A stretch of DNA of 63,505 nt, filler included, from Blastocystis sp. subtype 4 (Eukaryota): the NCBI RefSeq assembly GCF_000743755.1. It is 4 parts of 4 records of this genome, joined end to end, with 100 filler letters (N's around TTAATTAATTAA, not from the genome) between each part and the next. Parts side by side here need not be neighbours in the genome. Positions count along the whole stretch, not along the records: positions 50,485 to 63,505 come from NW_014569259.1; 3 more parts are not named here. One strand, 5' to 3'. The notes under the pieces were generated by a model, which had not been told where the DNA came from, searched no databases, and worked only from the letters and a program-made list of their open reading frames with translations. Of this stretch, positions 60,026 through 63,505 are shown one piece after another. A program made the translations under genes and the position numbers. Each line of letters begins with the position of its first letter. Within the stretch, counting starts at the first letter, position 1.

Positions 60026-61850
60026 ATAAATGTGCTAGAATACACTCTACTCTACTTTTAATCGCTATTAGTTTCTCAACCGTTAAATTCTGGTTAGTAA
60101 TTCGACCATTCAACTCTTCCACCTCCCTTAATACATTACTTTGGCTGTCTGCTAATTTCAGTCGACACTTGTCGCAGCATTTGCTTATATCAACTATCAA
60201 TTTTTGGATCTCCTGATGTCCTCGTTCTTCCACCTGTCGCGCTAACTGGATTCGTTTGAGGTCATTACACCGCTCCTCACTCAACCCAGCATTCAAAACA
60301 GCGTGATACCCATGACGACCAAATTCGTCCACAACAGTAACATCAACGAGATCATTTCCAGTTACGTGGACAGTTACTACCAATGGTTGTTCCTCTGCAA
60401 TACGATCGCTGCGAAGAGGTATCTTCAAGGTTCCTAGATACGTGTTATCTATTAATGAATCCGTCATTCCAGCAGTAATGACAAGTCGAGCAAATCCCTT
60501 TCCTGAATCTACAGGGAGAATCCGAATCGATCGATTCTCTCCAATAGGGGTCTTGTGAGGTAGAATTACCTCTGTTTTCCCGCCACAGAGGAGTCGAATC
60601 TCGTGAGGTGAAACATCCACAAACTGCAATTCAGGAGTCACTGACATCAGATTTGTCTGATTCTGGAGATCCAAACTGCTGGCAATTCGTGTTGCTCCAA
60701 TTGCTATTCCCGTTTTTGCTAGAAATGGAGGGTCCGTGTAAATCTTCGACGGATCAAAGAGTGTTGCTACCTCCTCCTCCACACTTCTCAGACTACTCGA
60801 ACCTCCCATCAGAAATACCATATCAATGTCGTCAGCTGTAAGAGGAGGCAAACAGGAGGCAAGAACCGATTTTACCACCTCCAGAGTTTTGGAAATGATC
60901 GGCCGACATATAGCAGCAAGCTGTTCTCGCGAAATGGACATCGACTCTACATCATCTTCGTTTTCCCACATACAAAAAACAAGATCAATATCCGTCATTT
61001 CTACTGACAGTAATCTCTCTTTCGCCTCTTTGCATGCTATCTTAAAATCCAACATTCGTCGAGGATTCAACTTGAGATTCCTTGATTTGATTCGCTTTGT
61101 AATATCTTCCATAATCGCCACATCAATATCCTTTCCTCCAAGAAAAGCATCACCTGCAGTATTTATCACTCTGTATGAATTCCCATTACGATGGACAATA
61201 GAAGCATCAAAGGTTCCTCCTCCAAAGTCATAGACACAGTAATACCTTTCTCCCTGCGCTGTACGATCAAACTTCTCTGCAAATGCAATTGCAGCTGCTG
61301 TAGGCTCTGCTACAAGTTGGACATTGGTAAAACCAGCGAGATATCCAGCACTGAGAGTAGCACGACGTTGTTCCGTAGAAAATTGTACAGGACAGGTGAT
61401 TACACAGCTTTCAATGTCATTTGTATCCAAATACTTGAGAGCAAACTCCCGAATATATGATAGTATATCCGCAGATACTTGCTCTGGAGTTATTATACGA
61501 GATATACACTTATTAGGAGGTCCAATTAACAGATTGATTTCTGCATTACCTGATTCTCCTTCTCTCACTTCGTAAGACCATCGACTATGTTGAAGCTCTT
61601 TTTGAATGTCCTTAAACTTTCTGCCCAGTAACCGTTTCACTTCATAGACAGTTGCCGAAGATCGGTTTTTAGACACTTTCCGTTCTATTCCAACACTCCG
61701 ACTTGATTCGTTGTATGTTACAACGGAGTCAAAATTCAGAGAATCACTCTTTAGAAAAAGAATCTCATATCGTCCATGCTTCAAGACTGCTGCCGATGTT
61801 GTAGAGGTTCCGAGATCAATACCAATGCAAGATCCTGGTTTGAAGCTCAT
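60026..61850 (-). CDS. Divergent intronless Hsp70-family protein (608 aa if terminated by a poly(A)-created UAA at 60026)
   Basis: GIDLGTS, EVKRLLG, ITCPVQF, AEPTAAA, YDFGGGTFD, LGGKDID, EAKERL, LMGGSS; no EEVD. Confidence 0.9.
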
Positions 61851-62420
61851 TCTTATAATGAACTGCGACGATTACGGCCCCAGAACCCAATTTACCGAAA
61901 CAAACCCACGGGGAATAGGATCTTGTCAATGTCATGAAGATAGTGTTGAATGATGGGAAGAGGAAATTACAATCCTCTGAAAAGTGTATTTGCGGTGTTC
62001 TGAAAGGTGAATCTGCATTATTCTGGAGAGTAGAGCTACGCATTCTGAAGTGATTCGCCTTTTTTCTTACTAGATCGTAGTAATGGAATAGAACACCCTA
62101 TCATATATTTGAATGACAGACTTGATAACAACAAACTCATCCAGTAATAGAAGATGATCTAAGAAAAGAAGAATAGTGTAGGGGATTTTAATAGTTCTTC
62201 AGAATACAATAATGTATCATAAGCTATTATTTAACAATAGTACAAAATATCCTTGTTCAAAGAGCTCAATAAGAATTATCTACCGAAAATTCATGGTAAT
62301 ACCAAAATATCAACTTGTGTTCCTTCTTTCATCAACTGTGTTCATTATAAAACGGCATTTCGGTTACATTTCGAATAAATGCCATGCGTCAATCCTTATT
62401 ATCTTCATTTTGAAGTGTAC

Positions 62421-63505
62421 ATGAAATATCTTTTCCTATTTTTAACAATCTTTACCTCTGTTGTTACTGCAGAGAAATATGGTATGATCTTTGGAACAGC
62501 TGAAGGGTGGAGGAATTACCCTGTTTACAGTGTATTCTTTGCTAATCGCATTTCATTTCTAGCTCACTTGTCGTCTCTATGATGATATGATCAAAGCTGG
62601 AATCAAGCCTGAGAATATCATCTATATGACCTATTATGGTGATGTGTACAAGGATGTGAATCCCTTCAAGGGAATGGTTTTCACAGATCCTGCAGATAAT
62701 ACAGATGGTGATTGGGCTAAGTATGGGTGCTTTGATCACGTTGATTACACGGATAAGGATATCAATCTTGAAGTATTCCTTGCTATTCTCTCTGGAGATG
62801 CTGAAACTGTGAAGGCTAAGACTGGAAAGGAGAATCCTAAGGTTCTGGCTGCTGGCCCTGATGATACCGTATTCACCTATTTCATTGATCATGGTGCGGA
62901 AGGCATCATTGTTGTTGGTAAGGATTATGTCACTGATGAACAATTACTTGATTCGTTGAAAACTGCTCATGAGAAGAAACTATATGGAAAGTGGGTTTGG
63001 TTCATGGAAGCTTGTTATTCGGGGTCCATGTTCAAGAATCTCCCTAAGGACTGGGATATTTACATAATGACAGCTGCTGATGATAAACATCCCGCTTGGA
63101 TGAGCAATTGCCCTCCGAATGATGCGATTGCTGGAACCCATCTGGGAACTTGTATTTCCTCTCTTTGGGATGAAGCCTTCATGGTGTATGCAGAAGAGAA
63201 GTCCAAGGATGTTATTGGTGATCTTGTGGATACTGTCAAGAAGGAGGTTGCTGAGACTTCTGATCAGAATGTGAGTGAGTTTGGAGATATGTCCTTCAGA
63301 GAAGTACCATTCTCTGAGTTCTTTGGAGAACTTCCTTCTCCTTCTTTCCGTTCTGTGAAGAAGACTTCCTCTGCTTCTACTGTGTCTCTTGATCAGGTTC
63401 CTCTTTATCTTGCTAAATGGAGAGCTATTCGTGCTGATAAGTCTGAATCTGCTGTTGCTCTTGCTGAATATGAGAAGCTTGCCTTTGAATCTGCTAAGCG
63501 TGAAG
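62421..63505 (+). CDS. Legumain/asparaginyl endopeptidase (peptidase C13); runs off the window edge
   Basis: Signal peptide, GWRNY, GIKPENII, NPFKG, catalytic FIDHG and MEACYSGSMF; one intron near 62532-62561. Confidence 0.93.

Noticed and set aside
1..63505. CRISPR arrays, tRNA/rRNA genes, transposases, alternative genetic code
   Set aside because: None seen by eye; in-frame stops in conserved genes are accounted for by short GT-AG introns where examined.

Overview
Gene-dense eukaryotic nuclear DNA, most likely from the anaerobic gut stramenopile Blastocystis. The evidence is many ~30-35 nt GT-AG introns, very short intergenic spacers, a TGTTTGTT motif just downstream of most gene ends, a nuclear complex I subunit and a legumain. 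The window is four contigs joined by artificial N-TTAATTAATTAA-N linkers, so gene order across the joins is not assured. About 38 protein-coding genes or fragments can be supported. Recognisable ones include Lsm14, an asteroid-like nuclease, HSF, a penta-EF-hand protein, Raptor, a GPCR-PIP5K fusion, NDUFS8, KAE1, an OTU deubiquitinase, a PP2A-like phosphatase, XPD, a small Tim, AP mu, clathrin light chain, a GT49, FIBP, Pirh2, STE24, pyruvate kinase, a COMMD protein, SSSCA1 and legumain. Most notable: (i) at least three genes (Raptor, COMMD, an Hsp70-like) appear to have no genomic stop at their natural end and get UAA from polyadenylation 5 nt upstream of TGTTTGTT, a known Blastocystis trait; (ii) three divergent intronless Hsp70-like genes, one a degenerate Hsp70-NBD fused to ~19 MORN repeats; (iii) an LSD1-type zinc finger fused to a penta-EF-hand protein; (iv) a tandem pair of orphan paralogs with transcription-factor-like architecture; (v) near-zero spacing between poly(A) motifs and the next start codon. 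Gene coordinates span introns and were spliced by eye; family calls are from motif recognition, with no database searches run.
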